A stretch of 64,000 nucleotides of DNA, from the NCBI RefSeq assembly GCF_053078305.1, contig NZ_CP166879.1; one strand, 5' to 3'. The notes beneath the pieces were generated by a model that saw only the letters and a list, made by a program, of their open reading frames with translations, made no database searches and was not told the origin of the DNA. The translations under genes were made by a program, and so were the position numbers. Positions 41,814-55,875 of the stretch are shown here, piece after piece. Every line of letters begins with the position of its first letter. Position 1 is the first letter of the stretch.

Positions 41814-41960
41814 CTATTGCTGCGCTTTCGTTGCTGCGCCAGAAATCGCGTTACCGCCATCAGAAATGTCTTCACCAACGCCACGCGTGGTGTTGCAGGC
41901 AGTTAATACTGTTGAAAGCACCAGAACAGAAAAGATCGCTGCAATTGTCTTCTTCACCAT
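41814..41960 (-). CDS. ecnB: entericidin B bacteriolytic lipoprotein
   Basis: 48-aa reading frame [48 protein letters not shown] read by hand (absent from the ORF track, under size cutoff). Confidence 0.85.
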
Positions 41961-42070
41961 AACGTCTTCCTTTTAGGTAATGTTATTTATGTTTGCCTAT
42001 AGCAAATTAATAATAGACAACATCGCCAAAAATGATGGAAATCTGATGATTTTTCGGAAGAGAAGAAAAA

Positions 42071-42196
42071 TTAGCTGGCAGCGCGGGAGATGGAGTTGCC
42101 GAGATGTTTGATGTCTTCGCCGAAACCGCGAGCGGTGTTACAGCCCGTGAGCAGCGTGCTGGCAAGCAAAACAAGAACGATAAGGCGTTTCATCAT
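42071..42196 (-). CDS. ecnA: entericidin A antidote lipoprotein
   Basis: 41-aa reading frame [41 protein letters not shown] read by hand; paralogous to ecnB. Confidence 0.85.
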   Translation of the reverse strand: MMKRLIVLVLLASTLLTGCNTARGFGEDIKHLGNSISRAAS

Positions 42197-42247
42197 CTCT
42201 GACCTGAATAAGTGATGGTGCAGCCTGCAGGCCGCACCACAACCGCA

Positions 42248-42814
42248 TTACTTCACGCGAGAGACGTATTCACCAGAGCGGGTATCCACTTTGATGACTT
42301 CGCCGATTTGTACGAACAGCGGAACTTTAACCACAGCGCCAGTAGACAGGGTAGCCGGTTTGCCGCCAGTACCTGCGGTATCACCTTTCAGGCCCGGATC
42401 GGTATCAACGATTTCCAGTTCAACGAAGTTCGGCGGAGTAACGGAGATCGGCTGACCATTCCACAGAGTTACGATACACTCTGCCTGATCCAGCAGCCAT
42501 TTAGCGTTGTCGCCAATTGCTTTTGCGTCAGCAGACAGCTGCTCGAAAGTTTCGTTGTTCATGAAGTGCCAGAACTCACCGTCGTTGTACAGGTAAGTCA
42601 GGTTCATATCGACAACATCAGCGCCTTCAGCGGAATCAGTAGATTTGAAGGTTTTTTCTACGCGAGTACCGGTCAGCAGACGACGCAGTTTAACGCGAGC
42701 AAATGCCTGGCCTTTACCCGGTTTTACGAATTCACTCGCTTCAACCGCGTAAGGTTCGCCGTCTAACATGATTTTAAGACCAGCACGAAAATCGTTGCTA
42801 TAGTACGTTGCCAT
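42248..42814 (-). CDS. efp: translation elongation factor P
   Basis: ORF 188 aa; conserved loop KPGKGQA containing the modified Lys34. Confidence 0.96.
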
Positions 42815-42855
42815 AAGGCCCTCTGAAATTTGTTAATTGGTAGCTAAGCCACAAA

Positions 42856-43884
42856 ATGGCGCATATTGTAACCCTAAATACCCCATCCAGAGAAGATTGG
42901 TTAACGCAACTTGCCGATGTTGTGACCGATCCTGATGAACTTCTGCGTCTTTTGAATATAGACGCGGAGGAAAAACTGTTGGCCGGACGCAGCGCCAAAA
43001 AGCTGTTTGCCCTGCGTGTGCCCCGCTCATTTATCGATCGAATGGAGAAAGGCAATCCGGACGATCCGCTTTTGCGTCAGGTACTTACCTCGCAAGATGA
43101 GTTTGCCATCGCGCCCGGATTCTCCACCGACCCGCTGGAAGAACAGCACAGCGTAGTGCCTGGTTTGTTGCATAAATACCACAACCGGGCGCTTTTGCTG
43201 GTCAAAGGCGGCTGCGCGGTAAATTGCCGCTATTGCTTCCGTCGCCACTTCCCCTATGCCGAAAATCAGGGCAACAAGCGTAACTGGCAAACTGCACTTG
43301 AGTATGTTGCTGCGCATCCGGAACTGGACGAGATGATTTTCTCCGGCGGCGATCCGCTGATGGCGAAAGATCACGAGCTGGACTGGTTGCTCACACAACT
43401 GGAAGCCATCCCGCATATCAAACGTCTGCGGATTCACAGCCGTCTGCCGATTGTGATCCCGGCACGTATCACCGAGGCGCTGGTTGAACGCTTTGCCCGT
43501 TCTACGCTGCAAATCTTGCTGGTGAATCACATCAATCATGCCAATGAGGTAGATGAAACATTCCGTCAGGCGATGGCTAAGTTGCGCCGGGTAGGCGTTA
43601 CTTTGCTGAACCAGAGCGTTCTGTTACGTGATGTGAACGATAACGCACAAACGCTGGCAAACCTGAGTAATGCGTTGTTCGATGCCGGCGTAATGCCGTA
43701 TTACCTGCATGTGCTCGATAAAGTACAGGGCGCGGCGCATTTTATGGTGAGTGATGACGAAGCACGGCAGATTATGCGTGAGTTGCTGACACTGGTGTCG
43801 GGATATCTGGTGCCGAAACTGGCGCGAGAAATTGGCGGCGAACCCAGCAAAACGCCGCTGGATCTCCAGCTACGCCAGCAGTAA
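42856..43884 (+). CDS. epmB: EF-P beta-lysylation lysine 2,3-aminomutase EpmB (radical SAM)
   Basis: ORF 342 aa; radical-SAM motif CAVNCRYC. Confidence 0.93.
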   Translation: MAHIVTLNTPSREDWLTQLADVVTDPDELLRLLNIDAEEKLLAGRSAKKLFALRVPRSFIDRMEKGNPDDPLLRQVLTSQDEFAIAPGFSTDPLEEQHSVVPGLLHKYHNRALLLVKGGCAVNCRYCFRRHFPYAENQGNKRNWQTALEYVAAHPELDEMIFSGGDPLMAKDHELDWLLTQLEAIPHIKRLRIHSRLPIVIPARITEALVERFARSTLQILLVNHINHANEVDETFRQAMAKLRRVGVTLLNQSVLLRDVNDNAQTLANLSNALFDAGVMPYYLHVLDKVQGAAHFMVSDDEARQIMRELLTLVSGYLVPKLAREIGGEPSKTPLDLQLRQQ

Positions 43885-43914
43885 CTGATTAAACAGGGAA
43901 GTCAAACATTAAAA

Positions 43915-44017
<103 letters not shown>

Positions 44018-44278
44018 GAGCAACAAACGCAAGTACAGCAACCTGTCATTAAACAGGGAAGTTTAATCTTTGCCCGTTGCATAACCTTTAATTATTCATA
44101 TGCATTGCTGTTGTTACTCTTTATATAACTAACACCAATAATTAACCTTTCTTTTCTGTTTATATAGAGTGAGTACGGCTATTTATGTTATTTTAACAAC
44201 TATTACTACCAAGCCCATTTATCTGGCTTATAAATTAAAATTAATTATTTAATTGAGAAATGGTTAGGGAGAACCTAC

Positions 44279-45148
44279 ATGGCCATAAGCATCAAGGGTG
44301 TTAATACCGGTGTTATTCGCAAGAGTAATAATTTCATTGCACTGGCGCTGAAAATTAAAGAACCTCGCAATAAAGAATCGTTGTTCTTTATGTCTGTCAT
44401 GGAACTGCGCGACCTGCTGATTGCGCTGGAAAGTCGTCTGCATCAAAAGCATAAACTGGATGCTGCTGCACGCCTTCAGTATGAGCAAGCTCGCGATAAA
44501 GTCATTAAGAAAATGGCAGAAAACATCCCAGAAATTCTGGTTGATGAGCTTAAAAATGCCGATATTAATCGTCGGGTTAACACGCTGGAACTTACCGATA
44601 ATCAAGGCGAAAATCTTACCTTCGTATTAACGCTACATGACGGTAGCAAATGTGAGTTAGTCGTCAATGAGTTGCAGATTGAAATGCTGGCGCGAGCAAT
44701 CATTCATGCAATTAATAATGCGGAAATGCGTGAACTGGCATTACGTATTACCTCACTGTTAGATTTCCTGCCGTTATATGACGTTGACTGCCAGCAAAAT
44801 GGCAATCTGGAATATGACACCTATTCCCAACCGGAATGGAAACATAACTTGTTCGACCATTATCTGGCGGTGCTTTACCGCTTTAAAGATGAAAGTGGCA
44901 AAGAACAATTTAGCGGCGCAGTGGTGAAAACGCGTGAAGCAACGCCGGGTAAAGAAATAGAGGCGATCACTCGCCGAATGCTTGATTTCAGCCCACGACT
45001 GAAAAAACTCGTGGGTGTGCCATGTCAGGTCTATGTTCGCACCGTAGCGGCGAATAACGCCCAACCGCTAACCCAGGATCAATGCTTACGCGCGCTGCAT
45101 CACTTACGTGTTCAATCCACCAGCAAAACTGCACCACAGGCGAAATAA
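44279..45148 (+). CDS. yjeJ: uncharacterised protein YjeJ
   Basis: ORF 289 aa; preceded by a very AT-rich 240-bp leader; no recognisable motifs by eye. Confidence 0.8.
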   Translation: MAISIKGVNTGVIRKSNNFIALALKIKEPRNKESLFFMSVMELRDLLIALESRLHQKHKLDAAARLQYEQARDKVIKKMAENIPEILVDELKNADINRRVNTLELTDNQGENLTFVLTLHDGSKCELVVNELQIEMLARAIIHAINNAEMRELALRITSLLDFLPLYDVDCQQNGNLEYDTYSQPEWKHNLFDHYLAVLYRFKDESGKEQFSGAVVKTREATPGKEIEAITRRMLDFSPRLKKLVGVPCQVYVRTVAANNAQPLTQDQCLRALHHLRVQSTSKTAPQAK

Positions 45149-45214
45149 TCTCATCTTTGCTAATGCGAGGCTGGAGCCATCCAGCCTGAAATGACTGATA
45201 ACGTGATCATTGGT

Positions 45215-45315
<101 letters not shown>

Positions 45316-45340
45316 CAATTATACGTTTGTCACCATCACA

Positions 45341-45694
45341 TCAGTTCGGGCACTTATATACCTGGCCGATAATCTGGCTATCCGTCGGGACAAAACTGGA
45401 CAACATTCCCTGCGACGGGCTACTGATGCCATAAATCACGTTACCGCCCATTGCAGCCGCCTGGTTGCGCAGATCGTTTGCTGCGCCGCGCATAGAACCG
45501 CCTTCTTCTCCGTGTTGCCCGGAAAGCCAGTTGCTTTGCTTACCTGTCGCAGTACCAATCAGCTGGCACTCTGCGCCTGGCTGCTCGTCCACAATGCGTA
45601 CACTCTGACCGGCAGCACTCAATTCGTTGCTGGAGCTACAACCCGCCATCAGTAGCGCGGCACCGACAATCCCTGCTAAGTATTTTACGTGCAT
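45341..45694 (-). CDS. yjeI: DUF4156 lipoprotein YjeI
   Basis: Start ATG 45694 (MHVKYLAGIV...) within ORF 45341..45727; lipobox LMAGC. Confidence 0.85.
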   Translation of the reverse strand: MHVKYLAGIVGAALLMAGCSSSNELSAAGQSVRIVDEQPGAECQLIGTATGKQSNWLSGQHGEEGGSMRGAANDLRNQAAAMGGNVIYGISSPSQGMLSSFVPTDSQIIGQVYKCPN

Positions 45695-45769
45695 GTTATT
45701 CCCCATAATCAATGAGCTGGACGCCACTCGCGTCGTCCGTGTCTGAATCTTATACTAGAAAGATGACCA

Positions 45770-45802
45770 AAAGAAAAACCCCCAGACATTTCTGCCCGGG
45801 GG
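45770..45802 (-). terminator. rho-independent terminator downstream of groEL
   Basis: Minus-strand hairpin cccccgggcagaaatgtctggggg followed by tttttctttt. Confidence 0.75.
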
Positions 45803-45831
45803 TTTGTTTATTTCTGCGAGGTGCAGGGCAA

Positions 45832-47490
<1,659 letters not shown>

Positions 47491-47521
47491 TTAAATTCGT
47501 ATGTTCAGTGTCGTGCGAGGA

Positions 47522-47866
<345 letters not shown>

Positions 47867-47895
47867 TTACGTGGTTTCCCGGCTGGTGACCAGAG

Positions 47896-47924
47896 AAATG
47901 GGGATGAGGCTTCGCCCCTTCAAG
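47896..47924 (-). promoter_or_regulatory. sigma-32 heat-shock promoter of groESL
   Basis: Minus strand reads CCCTTGAA - 14 nt - CCCCATTT, matching the sigma-32 consensus (CTTGAA / CCCCATnT), about 80 nt upstream of groES. Confidence 0.8.
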
Positions 47925-48090
47925 GGGGAAAAAGAAAAAAAATTCTGATCAGCACAAAATCGGGTGAAAACCCTGATTCACCTCACATTTCATCGCAATT
48001 TCTTCATCACCGTCATAAGCGAATCTGATTGTGCTACCATCGAAAATCTACGCAGTTGCCCAAAATTTGGGCGCAATCGGACATCAACCC

Positions 48091-49347
48091 ATGAGTGGAC
48101 TCAAACAAGAACTGGGGCTGGCCCAGGGCATTGGCCTGCTATCGACGTCATTATTAGGCACTGGCGTGTTTGCCGTTCCTGCGTTAGCTGCGCTGGTAGC
48201 GGGCAATAACAGCCTGTGGGCGTGGCCCGTTTTGATTATCTTAGTGTTCCCGATTGCGATTGTGTTTGCGATTCTGGGTCGCCACTATCCCAGTGCAGGC
48301 GGCGTCGCGCACTTCGTCGGTATGGCGTTTGGTTCGCGGCTTGAGCGAGTCACCGGCTGGCTGTTTTTATCGGTCATTCCCGTGGGTTTGCCTGCCGCGC
48401 TACAAATTGCTGCCGGATTCGGCCAGGCAATGTTTGGCTGGCATAGCTGGCAACTGTTGTTGGCAGAACTCGGTACGCTGGCGTTGGTGTGGTATATCGG
48501 TACTCGCGGTGCCAGTTCCAGTGCAAATCTACAAACAGTTATTGCCGGACTTATCGTCGCGCTGATTGTCGCTATCTGGTGGGCGGGCGATATCAAACCT
48601 GCGAATATCCCCTTCCCGGCACCTGGTAATATCGAACTTACCGGGTTATTTGCTGCATTATCAGTGATGTTCTGGTGTTTTGTCGGTCTTGAAGCATTTG
48701 CCCATCTTGCCTCGGAATTTAAAAATCCAGTACGTGATTTTCCTCGTGCTTTGATGATTGGTCTGCTGCTGGCAGGATTAGTCTACTGGGGCTGTACGGT
48801 AGTCGTCTTACACTTCGACGCCTATGGTGAACAAATGGCGGCGGCAGCATCGCTTCCAAAAATTGTAGTGCAGTTGTTCGGTGTAGGAGCGTTATGGATT
48901 GCCTGCGTGATTGGCTATCTGGCCTGCTTTGCCAGTCTCAACATTTATATACAGAGCTTCGCCCGCCTGGTCTGGTCGCAGGCGCAACATAATCCTGACC
49001 ACTACCTGGCACGCCTCTCTTCTCGCCATATCCCGAATAATGCCCTCAATGCGGTGCTCGGCTGCTGCGTGGTGAGCACTTTGGTGATTCATGCTTTAGA
49101 GATCAATCTGGACGCTCTTATTATTTATGCCAATGGCATCTTTATTATGATTTATCTGTTATGCATGCTGGCAGGCTGTAAATTATTGCAAGGACGTTAT
49201 CGACTACTGGCGGTGGTTGGCGGGCTGTTATGCGTTCTGTTACTGACAATGGTCGGCTGGAAAAGTCTCTATGCGCTGATCATGCTGGCGGGGTTATGGC
49301 TGTTTCTGCCAAAACGAAAAACGCCGGAAAATGGCATAACCACATAA
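48091..49347 (+). CDS. yjeH: APC-family L-methionine / branched-chain amino-acid exporter YjeH
   Basis: Start ATG 48091 (MSGLKQELGL...) within ORF 48031..49347; 418 aa polytopic transporter. Confidence 0.9.
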   Translation: MSGLKQELGLAQGIGLLSTSLLGTGVFAVPALAALVAGNNSLWAWPVLIILVFPIAIVFAILGRHYPSAGGVAHFVGMAFGSRLERVTGWLFLSVIPVGLPAALQIAAGFGQAMFGWHSWQLLLAELGTLALVWYIGTRGASSSANLQTVIAGLIVALIVAIWWAGDIKPANIPFPAPGNIELTGLFAALSVMFWCFVGLEAFAHLASEFKNPVRDFPRALMIGLLLAGLVYWGCTVVVLHFDAYGEQMAAAASLPKIVVQLFGVGALWIACVIGYLACFASLNIYIQSFARLVWSQAQHNPDHYLARLSSRHIPNNALNAVLGCCVVSTLVIHALEINLDALIIYANGIFIMIYLLCMLAGCKLLQGRYRLLAVVGGLLCVLLLTMVGWKSLYALIMLAGLWLFLPKRKTPENGITT

Positions 49348-49362
49348 TCCGGCGTTTCGACA

Positions 49363-49839
49363 TTAATCCTGGCGATCGTCTTTATGATCAAGGCGGTCGC
49401 GCTCATCATCCTTTCGCTGGTACTCACCATCAAAAGTATTACCGCCACCGGTCCCGGCGCTAAAACCGCCGCCTGGCATACGAGAAAAGCGCAAATGCGG
49501 CATCAACTTCACTGTCAGATGCTTTTGCACCGGCGGCAATAAAAGCAGAAGACCGAGGAAGTCGGTGAAAAAACCCGGTAATAAAAGCAGCAAACCGGCA
49601 ATGATCAGCGAAACACTTTTAATCATCTCCGCCGCAGGGTTTTCACCCGCCGCCATTTTTTGCTGCATCAGCACGAAATTCTTAAAGCCCTGGTTACGTA
49701 CCAGTGACATACCGATAACTGACGTGAATATAACCAGCACGAGGGTCAGCAATACCCCCAATACATGGGCAACCTGAATAAAGATTGAAATCTCAATATA
49801 GACATAAAGGAAAATGGCAATAAAAGGTAACCAGCGCAA
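49363..49839 (-). CDS. fxsA: inner-membrane protein FxsA
   Basis: ORF 158 aa; N-terminal TM helices, acidic C-terminal tail. Confidence 0.9.
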   Translation of the reverse strand: MRWLPFIAIFLYVYIEISIFIQVAHVLGVLLTLVLVIFTSVIGMSLVRNQGFKNFVLMQQKMAAGENPAAEMIKSVSLIIAGLLLLLPGFFTDFLGLLLLLPPVQKHLTVKLMPHLRFSRMPGGGFSAGTGGGNTFDGEYQRKDDERDRLDHKDDRQD

Positions 49840-50174
49840 AGGTTTCTCCTGTAATAGCAGCCGGTTAACCCGGCTACCTGAATGGGTTGCGAATCGCGTT
49901 CAGCTTATATTGTGGTCATTAGCAAAATTTCAAGATGTTTGCGCAACTATTTTTGGTAGTAATCCCAAAGCGGTGATCTATTTCACAAATTAATAATTAA
50001 GGGGTAAAAACCGACACTTAAAGTGATCCAGATTACGGTAGAAATCCTCAAGCAGCATATGATCTCGGGTATTCGGTCGATGCAGGGGATAATCGTCGGT
50101 CGAAAAACATTCGAAACCACATATATTCTGTGTGTTTAAAGCAAATCATTGGCAGCTTGAAAAAGAAGGTTCAC

Positions 50175-51611
50175 ATGTCAAACAACATTCGTATCGAAGA
50201 AGATCTGTTGGGTACCAGGGAAGTTCCAGCTGATGCCTACTATGGTGTTCACACTCTGAGAGCGATTGAAAACTTCTATATCAGCAACAACAAAATCAGT
50301 GATATTCCTGAATTTGTTCGCGGTATGGTAATGGTTAAAAAAGCCGCAGCTATGGCAAACAAAGAGCTGCAAACCATTCCTAAAAGTGTAGCGAATGCCA
50401 TCATTGCCGCATGTGATGAAGTCCTGAACAACGGAAAATGCATGGATCAGTTCCCGGTAGACGTCTACCAGGGCGGCGCAGGTACTTCCGTAAACATGAA
50501 CACCAACGAAGTGCTGGCCAATATCGGTCTGGAACTGATGGGTCACCAGAAAGGTGAATATCAGTACCTGAACCCGAACGACCATGTTAACAAATGTCAG
50601 TCCACTAACGACGCCTACCCGACCGGTTTCCGTATCGCAGTTTACTCTTCCCTGATTAAGCTGGTAGATGCGATTAACCAACTGCGTGAAGGCTTTGAAC
50701 GTAAAGCTGTCGAATTCCAGGACATCCTGAAAATGGGTCGTACCCAGCTGCAGGACGCAGTACCGATGACCCTCGGTCAGGAATTCCGCGCTTTCAGCAT
50801 CCTGCTGAAAGAAGAAGTGAAAAACATCCAACGTACCGCTGAACTGCTGCTGGAAGTTAACCTTGGCGCAACAGCAATCGGTACTGGTCTGAACACGCCG
50901 AAAGAGTACTCTCCGCTGGCAGTGAAAAAACTGGCTGAAGTTACTGGCTTCCCATGCGTACCGGCTGAAGACCTGATCGAAGCGACCTCTGACTGCGGCG
51001 CTTATGTTATGGTTCACGGCGCGCTGAAACGCCTGGCTGTGAAGATGTCCAAAATCTGTAACGACCTGCGCTTGCTCTCTTCTGGTCCACGTGCCGGCCT
51101 GAACGAGATCAACCTGCCGGAACTGCAGGCGGGCTCTTCCATCATGCCAGCTAAAGTAAACCCGGTTGTTCCGGAAGTGGTTAACCAGGTATGCTTCAAA
51201 GTCATCGGTAACGACACCACTGTTACCATGGCAGCAGAAGCAGGTCAGCTGCAGTTGAACGTTATGGAGCCGGTCATTGGCCAGGCCATGTTCGAATCCG
51301 TTCACATTCTGACCAACGCTTGCTACAACCTGCTGGAAAAATGCATTAACGGCATCACTGCTAACAAAGAAGTGTGCGAAGGTTACGTTTACAACTCTAT
51401 CGGTATCGTTACTTACCTGAACCCGTTCATCGGTCACCACAACGGTGACATCGTGGGTAAAATCTGTGCCGAAACCGGTAAGAGTGTACGTGAAGTCGTT
51501 CTGGAACGCGGTCTGTTGACTGAAGCGGAACTTGACGATATTTTCTCCGTACAGAATCTGATGCACCCGGCTTACAAAGCAAAACGCTATACTGATGAAA
51601 GCGAACAGTAA
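50175..51611 (+). CDS. aspA: aspartate ammonia-lyase
   Basis: Start ATG 50175 ([10 protein letters not shown]...) within ORF 50130..51611; 478 aa; fumarase/aspartase signature [10 protein letters not shown]. Confidence 0.96.
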
Positions 51612-51635
51612 TCGTACAGGGTAGTACAAATAAAA

Positions 51636-51666
51636 AAGGCACGTCAGATGACGTGCCTTTTTTCTT
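51636..51666 (+). terminator. rho-independent terminator downstream of aspA
   Basis: ggcacgtc-agat-gacgtgcc followed by TTTTTT. Confidence 0.8.
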
Positions 51667-51728
51667 GTGAGCAGTAACTTAAAAATAACAATCTAATATC
51701 AACTTGTTAAAAAACAAGGAAGGCTAAT

Positions 51729-53030
51729 ATGCTAGTTGTAGAACTCATCATAGTTTTGCTGGCGATCTTCTTGGGCGCCAGATTGGGGGGAATAGGTATT
51801 GGTTTTGCAGGCGGATTGGGGGTGCTGGTTCTTGCCGCTATTGGCGTTAAACCCGGTAACATCCCATTCGATGTCATTTCCATTATCATGGCGGTTATCG
51901 CCGCTATTTCTGCCATGCAGGTTGCTGGCGGTCTGGACTATCTGGTTCATCAGACAGAAAAGCTGCTGCGCCGTAACCCGAAATACATCACGATCCTCGC
52001 ACCGATCGTGACCTATTTCCTGACTATCTTTGCTGGTACTGGCAACATCTCTCTGGCGACACTGCCAGTTATCGCTGAAGTTGCGAAGGAACAAGGCGTT
52101 AAACCTTGCCGTCCGCTGTCTACTGCAGTGGTATCCGCGCAGATTGCGATCACCGCATCGCCAATCTCAGCGGCAGTGGTTTACATGTCTTCCGTGATGG
52201 AAGGTCATGGCATCAGCTACCTCCATCTGCTCTCCGTGGTCATCCCGTCCACCCTGCTGGCGGTTCTGGTGATGTCCTTCCTGGTCACTATGCTGTTCAA
52301 CTCCAAACTCTCTGACGATCCGATTTATCGCAAGCGTCTGGAAGAGGGCCTGGTTGAACTGCGCGGTGAAAAGCAGATTGAAATCAAATCCGGTGCAAAA
52401 ACGTCCGTCTGGCTGTTCCTGCTGGGCGTAGTTGGCGTGGTTATCTATGCAATCATCAACAGCCCAAGCATGGGTCTGGTTGAAAAACCGCTGATGAACA
52501 CCACCAACGCAATCCTGATCATCATGCTCAGCGTTGCAACTCTGACCACCGTTATCTGTAAAGTCGATACCGACAACATCCTCAACTCCAGCACCTTCAA
52601 AGCAGGTATGAGCGCCTGTATTTGTATCCTGGGTGTTGCGTGGCTGGGCGATACTTTCGTTTCCAACAACATCGACTGGATCAAAGATACCGCTGGTGAA
52701 GTGATTCAGGGTCATCCGTGGCTGCTGGCCGTCATCTTCTTCTTTGCTTCTGCTCTGCTGTACTCTCAGGCTGCAACCGCAAAAGCACTGATGCCGATGG
52801 CTCTGGCACTGAACGTTTCTCCGCTGACCGCTGTTGCTTCTTTCGCTGCGGTGTCTGGTCTGTTCATTCTGCCGACCTACCCGACGCTGGTTGCTGCGGT
52901 ACAGATGGATGACACGGGTACTACCCGTATCGGTAAATTCGTCTTCAACCATCCGTTCTTCATCCCGGGTACTCTGGGTGTTGCCCTGGCCGTTTGCTTC
53001 GGCTTCGTGCTGGGTAGCTTCATGCTGTAA
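51729..53030 (+). CDS. dcuA: anaerobic C4-dicarboxylate antiporter DcuA
   Basis: ORF 433 aa polytopic membrane protein; synteny with aspA. Confidence 0.95.
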   Translation: MLVVELIIVLLAIFLGARLGGIGIGFAGGLGVLVLAAIGVKPGNIPFDVISIIMAVIAAISAMQVAGGLDYLVHQTEKLLRRNPKYITILAPIVTYFLTIFAGTGNISLATLPVIAEVAKEQGVKPCRPLSTAVVSAQIAITASPISAAVVYMSSVMEGHGISYLHLLSVVIPSTLLAVLVMSFLVTMLFNSKLSDDPIYRKRLEEGLVELRGEKQIEIKSGAKTSVWLFLLGVVGVVIYAIINSPSMGLVEKPLMNTTNAILIIMLSVATLTTVICKVDTDNILNSSTFKAGMSACICILGVAWLGDTFVSNNIDWIKDTAGEVIQGHPWLLAVIFFFASALLYSQAATAKALMPMALALNVSPLTAVASFAAVSGLFILPTYPTLVAAVQMDDTGTTRIGKFVFNHPFFIPGTLGVALAVCFGFVLGSFML

Positions 53031-53145
53031 TGACCAATCGCGGGGCGTTCACGCCCCGCTTTCTTTCCCGCCGACTAACATCCTTCCCCCGTCCGTTGTA
53101 TAGTGACCTCTCTCTTGCGGTTCCATCTGTTCTTGCGAGGTGTTT

Positions 53146-53484
53146 ATGCTTGATGAAAAAAGTTCGAATACCGCGTCTGTCGTGGTGCTATGTACCGCAC
53201 CGGATGAAGCGACAGCCCAGGATTTAGCCGCCAAAGTGCTGGCGGAAAAACTGGCGGCCTGCGCGACCTTGATCCCCGGCGCTACCTCTCTCTATTACTG
53301 GGAAGGTAAGCTGGAGCAAGAATACGAAGTGCAGATGATTTTAAAAACTACCGTATCTCACCAGCAGGCACTGCTGGAATGCCTGAAGTCTCATCATCCA
53401 TATCAAACCCCGGAACTTCTGGTTTTACCTGTTACACACGGAGACACAGATTACCTCTCATGGCTCAACGCATCTTTACGCTGA
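53146..53484 (+). CDS. cutA: divalent-cation tolerance protein CutA
   Basis: Start ATG 53146 ([10 protein letters not shown]...); 112 aa. Confidence 0.9.
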
Positions 53485-55157
53485 TCCTGCTACTTTGCAG
53501 CACTTCCGTTTTTGCCGGATTATTCGACGCGCCGGGACGTTCACAATTTGTCCCCGCGGATCAAGCCTTTGCTTTTGATTTTCAGCAAAACCAACATGAC
53601 CTTAATCTGACCTGGCAGATCAAAGACGGTTACTACCTCTACCGTAAACAGATCCGCATTACGCCGGAACACGCGAAAATTGCCGACGTGCAGTTGCCGC
53701 AAGGCGTCTGGCATGAAGATGAGTTTTACGGCAAAAGCGAGATTTACCGCGATCGGCTGACGCTTCCCGTAACCATCAACCAGGCGAGTGCGGGAGCGAC
53801 GTTAACTGTCACCTACCAGGGCTGTGCTGATGCCGGTTTCTGTTATCCGCCAGAAACCAAAACCGTTCCGTTAAGCGAAGTGGTCGCCAACAACGCAGCG
53901 TCACAGCCTGTGTCTGTTCCGCAGCAAGAGCAGCACACCGCGCAATTGCCCTTTTCCGCGCTCTGGGCGTTGTTGATCGGTATTGGTATCGCCTTTACGC
54001 CATGCGTGCTGCCAATGTACCCACTGATTTCTGGCATCGTGCTGGGTGGTAAACAGCGGCTCTCCACTGCCAGAGCATTGTTGCTGACCTTTATTTATGT
54101 GCAGGGGATGGCTCTGACTTACACGGCGCTGGGTCTGGTAGTTGCCGCCGCAGGGTTACAGTTCCAGGCGGCGCTACAGCACCCATACGTGCTCATTGGC
54201 CTCGCCATCGTCTTTACCTTGCTGGCGATGTCAATGTTTGGCTTGTTTACTCTACAACTCCCCTCCTCGCTGCAAACGCGCCTCACGCTGATGAGCAATC
54301 GCCAACAGGGCGGCTCACCCGGCGGAGTGTTTATTATGGGGGCGATTGCCGGACTGATCTGTTCACCATGCACCACCGCACCGCTTAGCGCGATTCTGCT
54401 GTATATCGCCCAAAGCGGGAACATGTGGCTGGGCGGCGGCACGCTTTATCTCTATGCGTTGGGCATGGGCCTGCCGCTGATGCTAATTACCGTCTTTGGT
54501 AACCGCTTGCTGCCGAAAAGCGGCCCGTGGATGGAACAAGTCAAAACCGCGTTTGGTTTTGTGATCCTCGCACTGCCGGTCTTCCTGCTGGAGCGAGTGA
54601 TTGGTGATATATGGGGATTACGCTTGTGGTCGGCGCTGGGTGTCGCATTCTTTGGCTGGGCCTTTATCACCAGCCTACAGGCCAAACGCGGCTGGATGCG
54701 CGTGGTGCAAATAATCCTGCTTGCAGCGGCATTGGTTAGCGTGCGCCCACTTCAGGATTGGGCATTTGGTGCGACGCATACCGCGCAAACTCAGACGCAT
54801 CTCAACTTTACACAAATCAAAACGGTAGATGAGTTAAATCAGGCGCTCGTTGAAGCCAAAGGCAAACCGGTGATGTTAGATCTTTATGCCGACTGGTGCG
54901 TCGCCTGTAAAGAGTTTGAGAAATACACCTTCAGCGACCCGCAGGTGCAAAAAGCGTTAGCAGACACGGTCTTACTTCAGGCCAACGTCACGGCCAACGA
55001 CGCACAAGATGTGGCGCTGTTAAAGCATCTTAATGTCCTTGGCCTACCGACAATTCTCTTTTTTGACGGACAAGGCCAGGAGCATCCACAAGCACGCGTC
55101 ACGGGCTTTATGGATGCTGAAACCTTCAGCGCACATTTGCGCGATCGCCAACCGTGA
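53460..55157 (+). CDS. dsbD: thiol:disulfide interchange protein DsbD
   Basis: Start ATG 53460 ([10 protein letters not shown]...) overlapping cutA by 25 nt; 565 aa; C-terminal thioredoxin CVAC motif. Confidence 0.93.
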
Positions 55158-55193
55158 ACGACACTTGCAGTGGGAAAGACGGAGGAAAATAGC

Positions 55194-55769
55194 GTGCAAC
55201 GTGAAGATGTACTGGGAGAAGCCCTGAAATTATTAGAATTACAAGGGATTGCCAACACCACGCTGGAGATGGTTGCTGAACGTGTGGATTATCCACTGGA
55301 CGAGCTACGCCGCTTCTGGCCAGACAAAGAGGCAATCCTCTACGATGCGCTGCGTTATCTTAGCCAACAGATAGATATCTGGCGTCGTCAGCTGATGCTG
55401 GACGAAACGCAAACCGCCGAACAAAAGCTGCTGGCACGTTATCAGGCGTTATCGGAGTGCGTTAAAAACAACCGCTATCCGGGCTGTCTATTTATCGCTG
55501 CCTGTACGTTTTATCCCGATCCTGGCCACCCTATTCATCAACTGGCCGATCAGCAAAAAAGCGCGGCCTACGATTTCACCCACGAACTGTTAACCACGTT
55601 GGAAGTTGACGATCCGGCGATGGTAGCAAAGCAGATGGAACTGGTGCTGGAAGGCTGTTTAAGCCGAATGCTGGTAAATCGTAGCCAGGCGGATGTCGAC
55701 ACTGCACATCGGCTGGCGGAAGATATCCTGCGCTTCGCCCGCTGCCGCCAGGGTGGCGCATTGACCTGA
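55194..55769 (+). CDS. yjdC: TetR-family transcriptional regulator YjdC
   Basis: GTG 55194 within ORF 55170..55769; N-terminal TetR HTH. Confidence 0.85.
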   Translation: MQREDVLGEALKLLELQGIANTTLEMVAERVDYPLDELRRFWPDKEAILYDALRYLSQQIDIWRRQLMLDETQTAEQKLLARYQALSECVKNNRYPGCLFIAACTFYPDPGHPIHQLADQQKSAAYDFTHELLTTLEVDDPAMVAKQMELVLEGCLSRMLVNRSQADVDTAHRLAEDILRFARCRQGGALT

Positions 55770-55836
55770 CAGAAACACAGAAAAGAAGCGATTTGCCGCA
55801 ATCTTAAGCAGTTGAATCGCTTTTACTGAAATTAGG

Positions 55837-55865
55837 TTGACGAGATGTGCAGATTACGGTTTAAT
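55837..55865 (+). promoter_or_regulatory. sigma-70 promoter of tRNA-Phe (pheU)
   Basis: TTGACG (55837-55842) - 17 nt - TTTAAT (55860-55865), GC-rich discriminator gcgcc, 10 nt before the mature tRNA 5' end. Confidence 0.65.
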
Positions 55866-55875
55866 GCGCCCCGTT

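Noticed and set aside
50178-51629. 483-aa minus-strand ORF
   Set aside because: Antisense shadow of aspA; repetitive V/F/N-rich translation.
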